NCBI GenBank assembly: GCA_009103225.1
Contig: RHPI01002699.1
Coordinates: 224,578 to 288,577 of the forward strand
Length of the DNA: 64,000 nucleotides
Origin: Chlorokybus atmophyticus
Taxonomy: Eukaryota > Plantae > Mesostigma and Chlorokybus algae
Reading direction: 5' to 3'
The notes beneath the pieces are model-generated. The model was not told the origin of the DNA. It saw only the letters and a list, made by a program, of their open reading frames with translations, and made no database searches. Positions 1-11,380 of this stretch are shown in pieces. Both the position numbers and the translations under genes were made by a program. The number at the start of each line of letters is the position of its first letter. Position 1 is the stretch's first letter.

Positions 1-1208
1 ATTGTTAAAGCAGGCGGCTCTGCGCAAGTACAGCTTATACTACCTGCTGTTCGAGCGTCCGCTATTGCTTCCCTTTCGTGCACAGCAGGAAGTAGACCGT
101 GTGGTGAGCAACCTCGACAATCCCGACTGGATGCACTACGACATTACCACACACGCCACGCAATTTAAGCACACCGTTCTGGTGGCCTTCAACAACCTGC
201 GCATCGCACAGCACCTTGACACCCTGCGCTACGAGCGCGTGCGGAGCGGCTTCTACAAAGAGCGCCAACGACGGTTTCAAGCAGGGGACTTCGCCTACCG
301 CATGGCAGCCACCAAGGACACGCTCGACACCTCCGTGGGCCGCACCGTCTACAAGGTACTCAACGTGTACCACACAGGAGTGCTGGACCTCCTCGGTAAA
401 AACGGCGAGAGGAAAAGACAACATGTAGAACTGCGCGCCATGTTACCTTCCTTACATAGCGGGCTTTGCGCGCATCCAGCACTCTCGCCCCGCCCGCAGC
501 ACATGCTGTGAACGCTACGGCAGCGCCGGCGACGACGCACTCATAATGCTTTGCGATGGCTGCAACAAGGGCCTGCATTGCTACTGTCACAGCGCACTCG
601 ACCACAAAGGACTTGGTGCTTTTATGGTCGATTTGTGGTGATTTAATGTACCTTCCCGGTACGTTCCCCCCACTTAACAACGCTGACGTCCTCGGCAGCT
701 GGCGCCCATCAGCTGAGGAATCATCCCAGGGGTCTGATTTAGGGTCGGTCACCGGCCCCACCACCCAAGGACCGGCCAATTTAGGCCCATACCGGTCAAC
801 GCGCGCACATCGCGCCGCTGCCGGCCCCACAGGTTGCGTCGCCGCGATAGGCAGGTCGCGCCCTACCGCGCCGACTGAACTGGTCAGTGCGGCTGACTGC
901 TATTAGGCAAGTCGCGACCCATCGATGATGGCACTTATAAAGTGACCATTTACGATGTTATTGGATCGAGATTCAACGACCGCGGAATTCGTGTGCAAGG
1001 CAAGAATCGAACTCAAGTCTCAAGCTCCGATGATCAATGTCACAGCCCACTCGACCACAAAAGACTTGGTGCTTTTATGGTCGATTTGTGGTAATTTTAT
1101 GTACCATCCCGTTACAGCTACTGTCTGGAGCCCCCATTGGACGCAATACCCATGGAGGAGTACTGGTGCGACGATTGCCGCACCAACGGTCCTTTTCACC
1201 TGCGTTAA
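1..1208 (+). mobile_element. Ty3/gypsy-like LTR retrotransposon remnant: integrase C-terminus followed by a PHD finger; frameshifted near 428 and interrupted by a TRIM at 585-1116
   Basis: ORF 2-428 reads ...LFERPLLLP...NLRIAQHLDTLRYERVRSG...RRFQAGDFAY...TLD...KVLNVYHTGVLDLLGKNG, resembling algal gypsy integrase C-termini as I recall them. A frame change gives NCAPCYLP. After removing the TRIM and one GCTAC copy the frame reads CERYGSAGDDALIMLCDGCNKGLHCY|CLEPPLDAIPMEEYWCDDC, a PHD pattern with one Cys changed to Tyr. Stop at 1206-1208. Confidence 0.85.
585..1116 (-). mobile_element. TRIM (terminal-repeat retrotransposon in miniature), copy A
   Basis: 79-bp LTRs at 585-663 and 1038-1116 with about 7 differences. 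PBS-like TTGATCATCGGAGC and PPT AAGTGGGGGGAA on the minus strand. 5-bp TSD GCTAC at 580-584 and 1117-1121. No coding capacity. Confidence 0.93.
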
Positions 1209-3574
1209 CAACTGAGCTCTAGAGCTGGAACCTTCCCACAAACTAATGGGGGGTGGCTTGTTGACTGTGTGCCCTACAGCACAGCCTGTACACTAAAGAG
1301 GTCACCGCCTCCACATGTCCGTGTGATTCAGCAACAGCGGAGCAGCTCCATCAAGCACTCCTCGCCATACGAGCGGAATGATCTTCTACTTCTGCTACAT
1401 GTTATAACATTTTGCAGCGACAGGGCTAGCAAGCATGTCTTTCCCTGCAGCGGCTCGAGACAGTGTGACCCTCGACTCTCCTCGACCCGACACATACAAC
1501 AGCAATTGTGTACATACCGTTTGCGGCAGGGTCAACAGTGTCATTTTCCGGGGAAGGCAATGCCCGAACACTCATCAAGATGTCTTCATTACTCTGGCTT
1601 GCTTCCGTAGGCAGGTGATCATCCACCTCAACGAACTCATCAACAGATAGCATATCAGCGCGGGGAATGGGCAAATGCTGCATCATTTCGCCCATGTCGC
1701 GTATTACGGCGTGAATGACGCGGTTGCAGTCGGCAGGACTAGTGGCGTACCACTCTGGTGGGGTGATGCTAGTCTTCCTCCAACAATTGGAGATGGTGGT
1801 GGCATTCAACTCATCTCATGCCTCGTAATTCGACACAATGGCATCGCGCATTTGGACCTTTACTTTACTCAAGTCGGGGGTGGGATCGACATCATATTGT
1901 TAAAAAAGGTGCTGCTCCAGCTTTCTTTTGTACCTGCCCATACAAAGCAACAACAGCAACATCAGCATTACAATTTTTACAAATGTGGGGGGCCAGAGGC
2001 GCCGGCCCCCTAGCTTAAAGAATATCATATTTATCAGGAAAGCACCGTTTGTTCAGAACAGGCATGTGCAACAACTCACCTGGCCTTAAACGCTGCGATG
2101 ATGCCAGCATCTGAGGGCTGCACCTTGGAAGTGGTGTTGGCCGGAAGGAACAGACACTTAATGTTGCTCATCTCCAATGTCCGGAAGGTTTCTTCCATGC
2201 CGTGCTCCGCATATGCACAGGCATGCGTTTAGAAGTTGTCCATTAACAACAAGATATGTCGGTTCTGCAGCCTCATGTCTAGGTTAAAGGCATACAACCA
2301 GCGACTGAAGACCTATTGTAAGCAACATCACACGGAATGTTTCCAGCGGACCAGCCCTGGTCCGCACGTCATCGTAGAAGTTCAATTGCCCGGGCGGCTT
2401 GGGGTCCGAACCAGGGTCCCCCGCCTTGGTCTGCACGCGGGGACCAAGGCTGGTCCAAACAGTACGTAATTAACCCACGGTCCCCCGAAATCCGGGCCAG
2501 CCCTGGTGCCGGTCGAACACCGAGAAATCTTAGACCAATGATGGTCTTTTTCAAGGACCAGCATTAACGTTACGAGATACCCTGCGCCCTGGTCCGCGAG
2601 TACGGACCATGGCTGGTGCGCGTTTCATAAGTAAGGCGCGTGACCACCAGTCACTGATCGGTCGTCATAATGCATTTTAGCCGGCTGCAATCGGACCAGC
2701 GCAAAGAAAAACTGGCAATGGTTAATGCGGCAATGATACTACGCTTTGGCGGCCAACTGCGATTAGCCGCAGCTGACCGCGGTTGGGCCGCCGCTGCTGG
2801 TGGCCGGGTGCTCCGTACCAAGAGCACCAGGGCACGCCGCTGGCCTGGTGATGCTGGTCACCTCCAGGCCAAGGTTGGTCGCCACAGCCAAGGGGGGGGG
2901 GGGGCTTTCTAGCAGCCGCCCTGCACACTTATGGCCTAGTGACGCTCACCACGCCATGACTAGATCTTGCATGCTCAGGCTAGAAAGTATGTCGGGCTTT
3001 ATGCTGAACCTGTTAACAATTAAGCATACATGCACACAAAGCAGACATACACCAATTTACATGAACATTGTAGTTTACATAAATGATGAATATAAATGAA
3101 AGAATTAATGAATAGCGTTACCGTAACTGAGTGACCCTTTAATACGCACCTACATCAACCAACAACAATGCTAACTACCTACGCAAGCCTAGCACAAGTT
3201 GAGTACCTCACCTATACACAAGCGTGATTACATGCACGCACACATGCACAGCAATTGAACATACAGTCACATGTGCACACATTACAAAAACGCGTACCTG
3301 TCACGGCCTAACATCCGCTCCTTCTGCTATATTAATTGCCACTTTGACCACTGTGCGGGGCCTGCGCGTGAATGTACTGGATAGGCTTGCCACTGTAGGT
3401 ATGCGTATGTGCATACTGTGCTTGAACACGCCAGGCATGTCCAGGCTTACCTAAGTATGTGCACGTGCGTGCCTATTCACGCATAAGCAAGCAATGCGCA
3501 GTGATTCATAACACGCACGCATGCATGCATGCATGCGTGCGTGCGTGCTCACTCATTCGCATGCGCACGTACAC

Positions 3575-6500
3575 ACTCATCGCACCTTAAACCAGTGGAG
3601 GGCACGGAGCAGCTGAGGTAGTGCTTGCGTGTGCAAAGCCACTACACTGGAACTTCGTTCTCTCTCTTTTCAGCAGTGGCTTGCTGCCAGCAGCGTGATG
3701 CGGCATGGTGGGCAGTCCACACACCTGCGTGCGTGTGTGCGTGAGCGCATATGCATGCACGTGCGTGCATGCTCTATGTGTGCGTGTTCGCATCTCTTTG
3801 AGAAAAGGGGAGGGTTGGGNNNNNNNNNNNNNNNNNNNNNNNNNNNNNNNNNNNNNNNNNNNNNNNNNNNNNNNNNNNNNNNNNNNNNNNNNNNNNNNNN
3901 NNNNNNNNNNNNNNNNNNNNNNNNNNNNNNNNNNNNNNNNNNNNNNNNNNNNNNNNNNNNNNNNNNNNNNNNNNNNNNNNNNNNNNNNNNNNNNNNNNNN
4001 NNNNNNNNNNNNNNNNNNNNNNNNNNNNNNNNNNNNNNNNNNNNNNNNNNNNNNNNNNNNNNNNNNNNNNNNNNNNNNNNNNNNNNNNNNNNNNNNNNNN
4101 NNNNNNNNNNNNNNNNNNNNNNNNNNNNNNNNNNNNNNNNNNNNNNNNNNNNNNNNNNNNNNNNNNNNNNNNNNNNNNNNNNNNNNNNNNNNNNNNNNNN
4201 NNNNNNNNNNNNNNNNNNNNNNNNNNNNNNNNNNNNNNNNNNNNNNNNNNNNNNNNNNNNNNNNNNNNNNNNNNNNNNNNNNNNNNNNNNNNNNNNNNNN
4301 NNNNNNNNNNNGGGGAAGGGCACACTTGTTGACACGCTCAGTGTACACGCAGCAACTGCCTCAGAGGTCGCACGGTTCGGTGCGGCCTATGAGGCAGCCC
4401 ATAAACACTGCCTCATAGGCCGCATTGGCCAGTGCGGTTTATGAGGCAGCCTAATAGGCTGTCCTGAGTAGTGCGAGCTATGTAGCCAAGCAAGTTTGTG
4501 TACGTGTGCACGTGTGTGCATGCATGTATGACAAGAAGCAGCACTTGCATGCTTGGCAGTGCCTGTGCGGTCTATGAGCTCAACTACAGGTGTTTGTATT
4601 CACACGTGTGCAATGCAACACACGCATGCACACCTTCACACACGCACGTGCGCACACTCATGCGCGAGCAAAGACACTCAGCGCATCTTGATGCAAGCTT
4701 GAAGATGGTGGAGCCGAGCAGCTGAGGCGAGGTAGTATAGGTAGTGTAGGCAGAGCCGTGCATCAAAAACTCATTGGCTCTTTCAGCAGCAGGATGCTGA
4801 TTGCTAGCTTGAGGCAGTCCGCAGACCTGCGTGTGCGCGTGCATATGAGCGCATGCACGTGCATGTTCACATGCGTGAGCGTGCATGCTGTATGTGCGCA
4901 TCTCCCTGAGAAAAGAAGGGGCGGGGGGGACACGTGTTCATATGCATAGTGTGCGTGCAGACTCTGTGACTAGCTGATAGGCCGCACTGAAAAGTGTGGT
5001 CTATGAGGCAGATGTTGATTGTCAATGGGTGCACGTGACTGTGTATGCACGTATATACGTGCGTGTGTCATGCAGAGCACATGTGTTGCACACGCGCGTG
5101 CATATGCGCACATGTTCCCTCCCCCCCCCACCCCCNNNAATTGCTTACCTTGCAATTCAGCAGATGCATTTGGTTGCAGCGCCCTCCAGTCCAGCGCCCT
5201 GTGAAGAGCAGCATCATCGCGCTCCCCAGCGACAGTGACGTCCCGAATCGCGTGCAATGCCTGTTTAAACACATGTGCAGTCATATATACGATTGTGTAC
5301 ATGCACAAGCAGTCATACATACGCACGTCTAAGCACAGGCGCATGCACGCACGAGTGTGTGAACGGGTGCCCGCACACACACGCGTGTCACGCACTCGGT
5401 GCATGTGTACTCGCGTGCGTATATGCATGTGTGCACATGTGCGCAGCCAGCCGCCCATGCCTTCTAGTCATCAGGTATCGCTGGCTCATAGACCACACTG
5501 ATCAGTGAGCCAGCCAATAGAACACGCCTCATAGGCACTGGTCAGTGCGGCTTATTGACCAGTGCCTATGAGCCAGCCTCATAGGCTGCACTATTAGTAG
5601 CCCAACAAATGTCTGCACTCTTGCACGCACAATTGCGCACTCATGCACCTGCACACTCTGATTGCACACTCATCGCACCTTGAAGATGGTGGAGGGCACG
5701 GAGCTGGGGCGAGTAGTGCCTGCGTACGCAGAGCTGTGCACTACAAACTTCTCTCTTGTACAGCAGCGGGTTGCTATTTGCAGCTTGGGCAGTCCGCATA
5801 CCTGCGCGTGTGCGACCGCGTGAGCGCATGCACATGAGTACGTTTGCATGCGCGTGCGCGAATGCTTGTATGTGTGTGTGTGCACGTCTTTTTGGGAGGG
5901 GGGGGGGGGGGGCCTGNGCCTCAGAACTGCCTGGACATCCAGTGCGGCCTATGAGGCAGTTGCTGTAGAGCCCGTTGCACAACCACAGGGTTACAACCTT
6001 TCAACATGCAACGACACACGCACATGTTATCGCATACAACGGCATACATACACGCAGCAATCAGAGCACACAAGTCACAGCGGATGTTTAAACATGACTG
6101 ACTTGTATCAAGCCTACATTGATAACAACAATGAAACCCCAACTACTAATACTACTGCTGCCAGACTGAGTAGTGCCTACTTTATATATTCGCACACGCG
6201 TGCACGCATGCATGCAAACTGTTGATTGACTTCGTGTGCGTGTGCAAATGGATGCACTTGCGAAGACATGCATGTATGCAGGCTTGCGCATGCAGCGGCG
6301 CTTAAAGCCGCGTATGACTCTTGTGTGCTGACCATCTATCTGGTCAGCGCGGCCTATGAGCTAGCCTCATAGGCTGCACAAAATAGTGCAGCCTATGAGG
6401 ATGCACTTAGATAGCTAGTAGCCCAAAAAGTATGCGTATGTGTGCATGCTTGTGTGGATAGTGCGGTCTATGAACCCAACTGCAATAGTGTTCGTGCATT

Positions 6501-6900
6501 CACACATGAGCAGTCTCACAACACGCACGCACACTTATGTGCGTGCACATACGCTCATCGCACCTCAGGGCCTTGACGATGGTGATGCGGAGTGGGCAGC
6601 TAGGGCAAGGTAGTGCTCGCGTACACAAGCTGCGGACTCCAAATGGGTTCTCGTTTCAGCAGCGGGTTGCTGATTGCCAGCTTACCGGGCAGTCCACATA
6701 CCTGCGCGTGCGCATGCCCGTAAGCGCATGCATGTGTTTGTGCGCGCATGCATGTGTGTGTGTGTGCGCATCCTCAACAAGGAAGAGGGGGGGGGGGGGA
6801 GGAAGGGACACCTGTTCACATGCATGCATAGTGTACATGTATGCATGCAGAACCGCTGGCTCATAGGCCGCACTATCCAGTGCGGCCTATGAGCCAGATT
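3575..6900 (-). repeat. Degenerate tandem array of an approximately 1-kb unit (exon-like cassette, CA/TG tract, poly-G, hairpins)
   Basis: Related cassettes at 3724-3586, 4826 to about 4697, 5801-5679 and 6701-6564, each starting cag|GT(A/C/G)TG(C/T)GGACTGCC. Three end in (A/G)AG|gtgcgatgag. Each is followed on the plus strand by CGCATC...GAGAAAAGGGG-type poly-G tracts. Confidence 0.75.
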
Positions 6901-7830
6901 CTGTAAGCCTGAGAACCCAGAGTCGACCGTGTGTGTACGACAGTATGTACGCTTGTCATGAAAGCACATGTGTACTTACACGCGTGCATATGTGCATGCC
7001 CATGCGTGTGTGCTTGTGCATGCATATGCGCAGTGCTCGCGTACACAAGCTGCGGACTCCAAATGGGTTCTCGTTTCAGCAGCGGGTTGCTGATTGCCAG
7101 CTTACCGGGCAGTCCACATACCTGCGCGTGCGCATGCCCGTAAGCGCATGCATGTGTTTGTGCGCGCATGCATGTGTGTGTGTGTGCGCATCCTCAACAA
7201 GGAAGAGGGGGGGGGGGGGGGGAAGGGACACCTGTTCACATGCATGCATAGTGTACATGTATGCATGCAGAACCGCTGGCTCATAGGCCGCACTATCCAG
7301 TGCGGCCTATGAGCCAGATTCTGTAAGCCTGAGAACCCAGAGTCGACCGTGTGTGTACGACAGTATGTACGCTTGTCATGAAAGCACATGTGTACTTACA
7401 CGCGTGCATATGTGCATGCCCATGCGTGTGTGCTTGTGCATGCATATGCGCAGTGCTCGCGTACACAAGCTGCGGACTCCAAATGGGTTCTCGTTTCAGC
7501 AGCGGGTTGCTGATTGCCAGCTTACCGGGCAGTCCACATACCTGCGCGTGCGCATGCCCGTAAGCGCATGCATGTGTTTGTGCGCGCATGCATGTGTGTG
7601 TGTGTGCGCATCCTCAACAAGGAAGAGGGGGGGGGGGGGGGGAAGGGACACCTGTTCACATGCATGCATAGTGTACATGTATGCATGCAGAACCGCTGGC
7701 TCATAGGCCGCACTATCCAGTGCGGCCTATGAGCCAGATTCTGTAAGCCTGAGAACCCAGAGTCGACCGTGTGTGTACGACAGTATGTACGCTTGTCATG
7801 AAAGCACATGTGTACTTACACGCGTGCATA
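6612..7830. repeat. Near-perfect 420-bp tandem repeat, about 2.9 units
   Basis: Units start at 6612, 7032 and 7452 and differ only around the poly-G tract. The array ends at a single N (7831), so copy number may be collapsed or mis-assembled. Confidence 0.95.
6856..6897. repeat. Perfect 42-bp palindromic hairpin; identical copies at 7276-7317 and 7696-7737, degenerate copies from 4350 to 8300
   Basis: CTGGCTCATAGGCCGCACT-ATCC-AGTGCGGCCTATGAGCCAG: 19-bp stem, 4-nt loop. Confidence 0.95.
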
Positions 7831-10384
7831 NAGCAGCAGCGTCAGGCCCCAATGGTGACACCCCGCATCACCACTCTGGTCCTCGCGCGGCGTAGGGGGC
7901 AGGCCCTCCGCGGGCTAGCAATGGTAGTGTTAAGGACATATTCGCATATGTATGTGAGAGCCATATACAAGCAAACATAAACACGCACACGTATGTGCGC
8001 ACCTGCAGGCCTCCAGCGCAGGCAGCGTTGTTCAACAGGCGGAGACATGTGCGCATGCTTGGCAAATACGCTTGCATGCGCGTGTGCTTAGATGCGAGAG
8101 AGACATGGAGACCACGTCGCTTGGCAGCAGCCCGCGGCACCCTGTGTTATACATACACCTGCTAGAGAAACACTGGAACTGTCATAGACTGTTGTGCGTC
8201 TATGGCGCTTTCAAACAGGCGCCTATGAGTTTTACGTTCTATTGGCCAGGCATTACTGCCTCAGAGGTTGCACTGTACAGTGCAGCCCATAAGGCAGTTG
8301 CTATCGGTATAGCCCAGTTTCAACAAGTTTGTACATGCGTGCCTACGTGATGAAGAGCACATGCATGCTTGCTTCATGCCCGTGCGTATGCAGTCAGTTG
8401 GGCAACTGGTTAGGTGAGTATGTACTATTTGACAAGTAGGCTCTGGAGACATAGTACTTGTGCGAGTGGGAGTACAAGTGCAAGCGAATAGACACATCTC
8501 TAAGCGCAACAGCCAGCTAAATGCATGCCCCCCCCTCCCCCGCTCACCTTGAGGTCCAGCAAGTGCACCTACTTGCAGCAGCCTCCGCCCTGAGCACCGC
8601 AGTGGGCTCCCCCCCGCGGTGACACCCTAAGTCACCTGTGCAGACTATCACTGTACATGTTTCATATGTGTCAAGTATTATACTTGAGTGCACGTGCCTG
8701 AGCAAACGCGCACACACACAGAAACTAACACGTGCACACATGTACATGTACACATGATTATGCGCATACGCTACAAGCTTTGGAAGTACCTCAAGCACAC
8801 ACACATACACATATTCTTACTCTCACGGCACTTTGGAGCATGCATTGTCTGTATATCTACGCTGTCAGCTGCTCGGTACCATCCATGCCTTCAGGCAAGC
8901 AATTGCTGGTTGGCAGCACTTGAGCATGCTCAGCCGCCAGCTCATCGACTGCAAGCTGACTGGCTAAGTCACTTTATCTAACGCAGAGGTTAACATGCGC
9001 AGCTGCACTGCAGCTGTTGACAAAAGCGAACACATGCATTTGCAACATCTTGTCATGCAGACATGACTAGATGCAGCAGTAATAAAAGTTGCTGCCGGCA
9101 GGCGAGAGGCTACGCCCATCATAAACTAGTAACGAAATAATAGTCACATCAACCGCAAGATAACAACCGCGGCAGCAGCAGCAGTCTGGCTGAGCAGCAG
9201 CCACTGTCATGCTACGCATGCTTGCACGAAGTCTGAACGAGCAGCCATGCTATGGTATATACACATGCTTTGGTGCTAGAACTCACCTTCAACACAACTA
9301 CTAACACTCACAAGCACTGCCCGCACCACCGACCGCCGCCGCCGCCAGCTTGGACCGCAACGACGGCATCCAGCAGCTTCCGCTGATGCTTCAGCATGCG
9401 CGGATAACTACATGCGCATTGCTGCTGACGTGTGCAAGCCCTTTCACAAACTCCGGTGAGTCAAAGCTTAAGCCGCGGGGCACGCGACCAGCAATGGTTT
9501 ATCGCCCGCACAGGACCGTGCGACCACCGTAGTACCGAACCAGCTGCTGATCTGATTCGCAGGCCGCGGGGGTTACAACCAACCATGGTTCTGCTGTACG
9601 AACCCCGTGCTGCACCAGTGGTTTAATGGTTCGCAGACTGAGTGGCGAGCGACCAGCCCTGATCCGGTCAAGCGGACCATGACGGCGGGCTCCGGGGCCG
9701 GACCACCGGTGGGTCACGCCGGACCAGTCGCGACACTGGTACGCAGACATGTACCAGAAGTGGTCCGCGGGCCGCGTACGACTGATCCGCGCGTAAAAGG
9801 CCCTGTGCATACACTGGTAAGTTAGGTGCAATGACCAATGCACATATGCGTGCACTTACCCCGGAATTCATCCGAGCCTTCTTGTTGTAGTCGTAGTCAT
9901 CGCCAATGCGGATTGGCGTCCATGTGCTCCCAACCGACTTGGGACGCTTGTATGTCCCAATGATGAGGACGGGGCGCTTCTTGGAGCCATCAGCATTGAC
10001 ACATAGAACTGCGGTAATCCTATCCTTCTCTTGCTTGCCCCCTCCAGCCTCTTCAGTCGCAACAATTAGCGTACGACGCAGACGTGCCTTAACAAACACT
10101 CCGCTTTCGTCCATGTTCCACACATCGATCATGCAACATCCAGCCAGAATGCGAGGCCATCTACTACGTGCATCCACACCCTCATCTGCATCGGCCGCTT
10201 CGCCATACAGAATTTTTGCAGCAACATTGTGGTCAGCTTCTGAAATGGCAAACCCAACCGTGTGAAGCATTGAAACCCTTTTATGCGTAGCTTAATGCTT
10301 TCTTCATTAAGAGTGCATCCATTATTGATGCATTGCGTGCTCTAGCCTGTACAAACCACGCATACAAGCCATCCTCAAGCGTGG

Positions 10385-10930
10385 TGTAACGGGAAGGTAC
10401 ATTCAATTACCACAAATCGACCATAAAAGCACTAAGTCTTTATAGTCGAGTGGGCTGTGACATTGGTCATCGGAGCTTGAGATACGGGTTCAATTCCTGC
10501 CTTGCACACGAACTCTGTGGTCGTTGTTTCTCGATCCAGTAACATCGTAAATGGTCACTTCATAAGTGCCATCATTGATAGGTCGCGGCTTGCCTAATGG
10601 CAATCGCGTCGGCCTGACCAGTTCGATCGGCGCGGCAGGACGCGACCTGCCTGTCGCGATGCGACCTGTGGGGCCGGCAGCGGTGCGCTATGCGCGCGTT
10701 GACCGGTATGGGCCTATATTGGCCGGTTCTTGGGAGACCGACCCTAATCGGACCCCTAGGATGATTCCCCAGCTTATAGGAGCCAGTTGCCGAGGACGTC
10801 AGCGTCATTAAGTGCGGGGGAATGTAACATGGAACCAAGCTCCGGTACCAATGTCACAGCCCATCCGACCATAAAAGACTTGGTGCTTGAATGGTCGATT
10901 TATGGTTATAAAATGTACCTTCCCGTTACA
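10385..10930 (+). mobile_element. TRIM copy B with an inverted right-hand LTR
   Basis: LTR 10385-10462, PBS TTGGTCATCGGAGC, internal region, PPT, only TGTAACA of a 3' LTR (10823-10829), then a reverse-oriented PBS-like sequence and LTR (10830-10930). 5-bp TSD CGTGG at 10380-10384 and 10931-10935. Removal restores the pogo HTH frame AAHP|TLEDGL. Confidence 0.9.
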
Positions 10931-11380
10931 CGTGGGATGAGCCGCAATCCGCATCCTCTTATGCTTGGCAACATGCTTACCACCCGCGCTTACAGCGCTA
11001 GCAATCTGCTCGGTGTTGTTGAAGAGTTTTAAAAGAGAACTTGGTGCAATGGTAATCTTTAACTCGGTCTGATGAGAGAGATCAACTCCGCTTGCTTGAG
11101 ACCTCCACTGGCGTCACACAATCCAAGGATGCGCTGCTTGTCTTTGATGGAAATGTTATCACGCTTGAGTTGTTGTGTGGCCACGTTGACCTACAACATC
11201 ACACACGCATTGTGATAGATTGTATACACAAGTCAAGATGCATTTGCCATATATGTGTATCATCCGCAAAACCCTAATCTGTTGATCGCTTGTGGGCCGC
11301 TCAGCTGCCTACGCAAGCAACCGCTAAAAGACTCCAAGCATACCCCTCCTGCTGCTGTCGCCGATGCCTCGGTGGCGGCG

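Larger units (their letters stand above)
2329..9807. mobile_element. Non-autonomous CACTA/EnSpm-like DNA transposon (about 7.5 kb, includes an N gap) inserted in the pogo intron
   Basis: Imperfect inverted ends CACACGGAATGTTTCCAGCGGACCAG and (reverse complement) CACAGGGCCTTTTACGCGCGGATCAG. 3-bp TSD CAT at 2326-2328 and 9808-9810. Dense GGACCA/TGGTCC subterminal motifs at 2340-2900 and 9480-9800. Removal restores a 65-nt GTAAGT...CTAAC...TAG intron. No transposase ORF seen inside. Confidence 0.8.
1426..11190 (-). pseudogene. Intron-containing pogo/Tigger (CENP-B/DDE_1) transposase pseudogene
   Basis: Exon 11190-9860 (TRIM B removed): KRDNISIKDKQRIL..., HPTLEDGLYAWFVQAR...FNASHGW (CENP-B HTH), IWNMDESG...KQEKDRITAVLCVNADGS...NKKARMNSG. 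Exon 2312-2080: VFSRWLYAF...ILLLMDNF*...FLPANTTSKVQPSDAGIIAAFKAR. Exon 1933-1426: YKRKL...AIVSNYEA*DELNATTISNCWRK. GT-AG junctions keep the frame. Several in-frame stops and frameshifts. Confidence 0.92.

Noticed and set aside
3587-4444. Long ORFs spanning N gaps (also near 12.4, 14.4, 24.7, 26.6 and 59.0 kb)
   Set aside because: Artefacts of translating Ns. The gaps abut poly-G/C or dinucleotide runs, typical assembly breaks.
6537-7809. Repeated Cys/His/Met/Val-rich ORFs, also in many introns
   Set aside because: They are translations of CA/TG/GCAT low-complexity DNA with no domain signal.
6612-7830. CRISPR-like or REP-like array (palindromic repeat at regular spacing)
   Set aside because: The intervening sequences are identical rather than unique spacers, the period is 420 bp, the context is eukaryotic and no cas genes are present.
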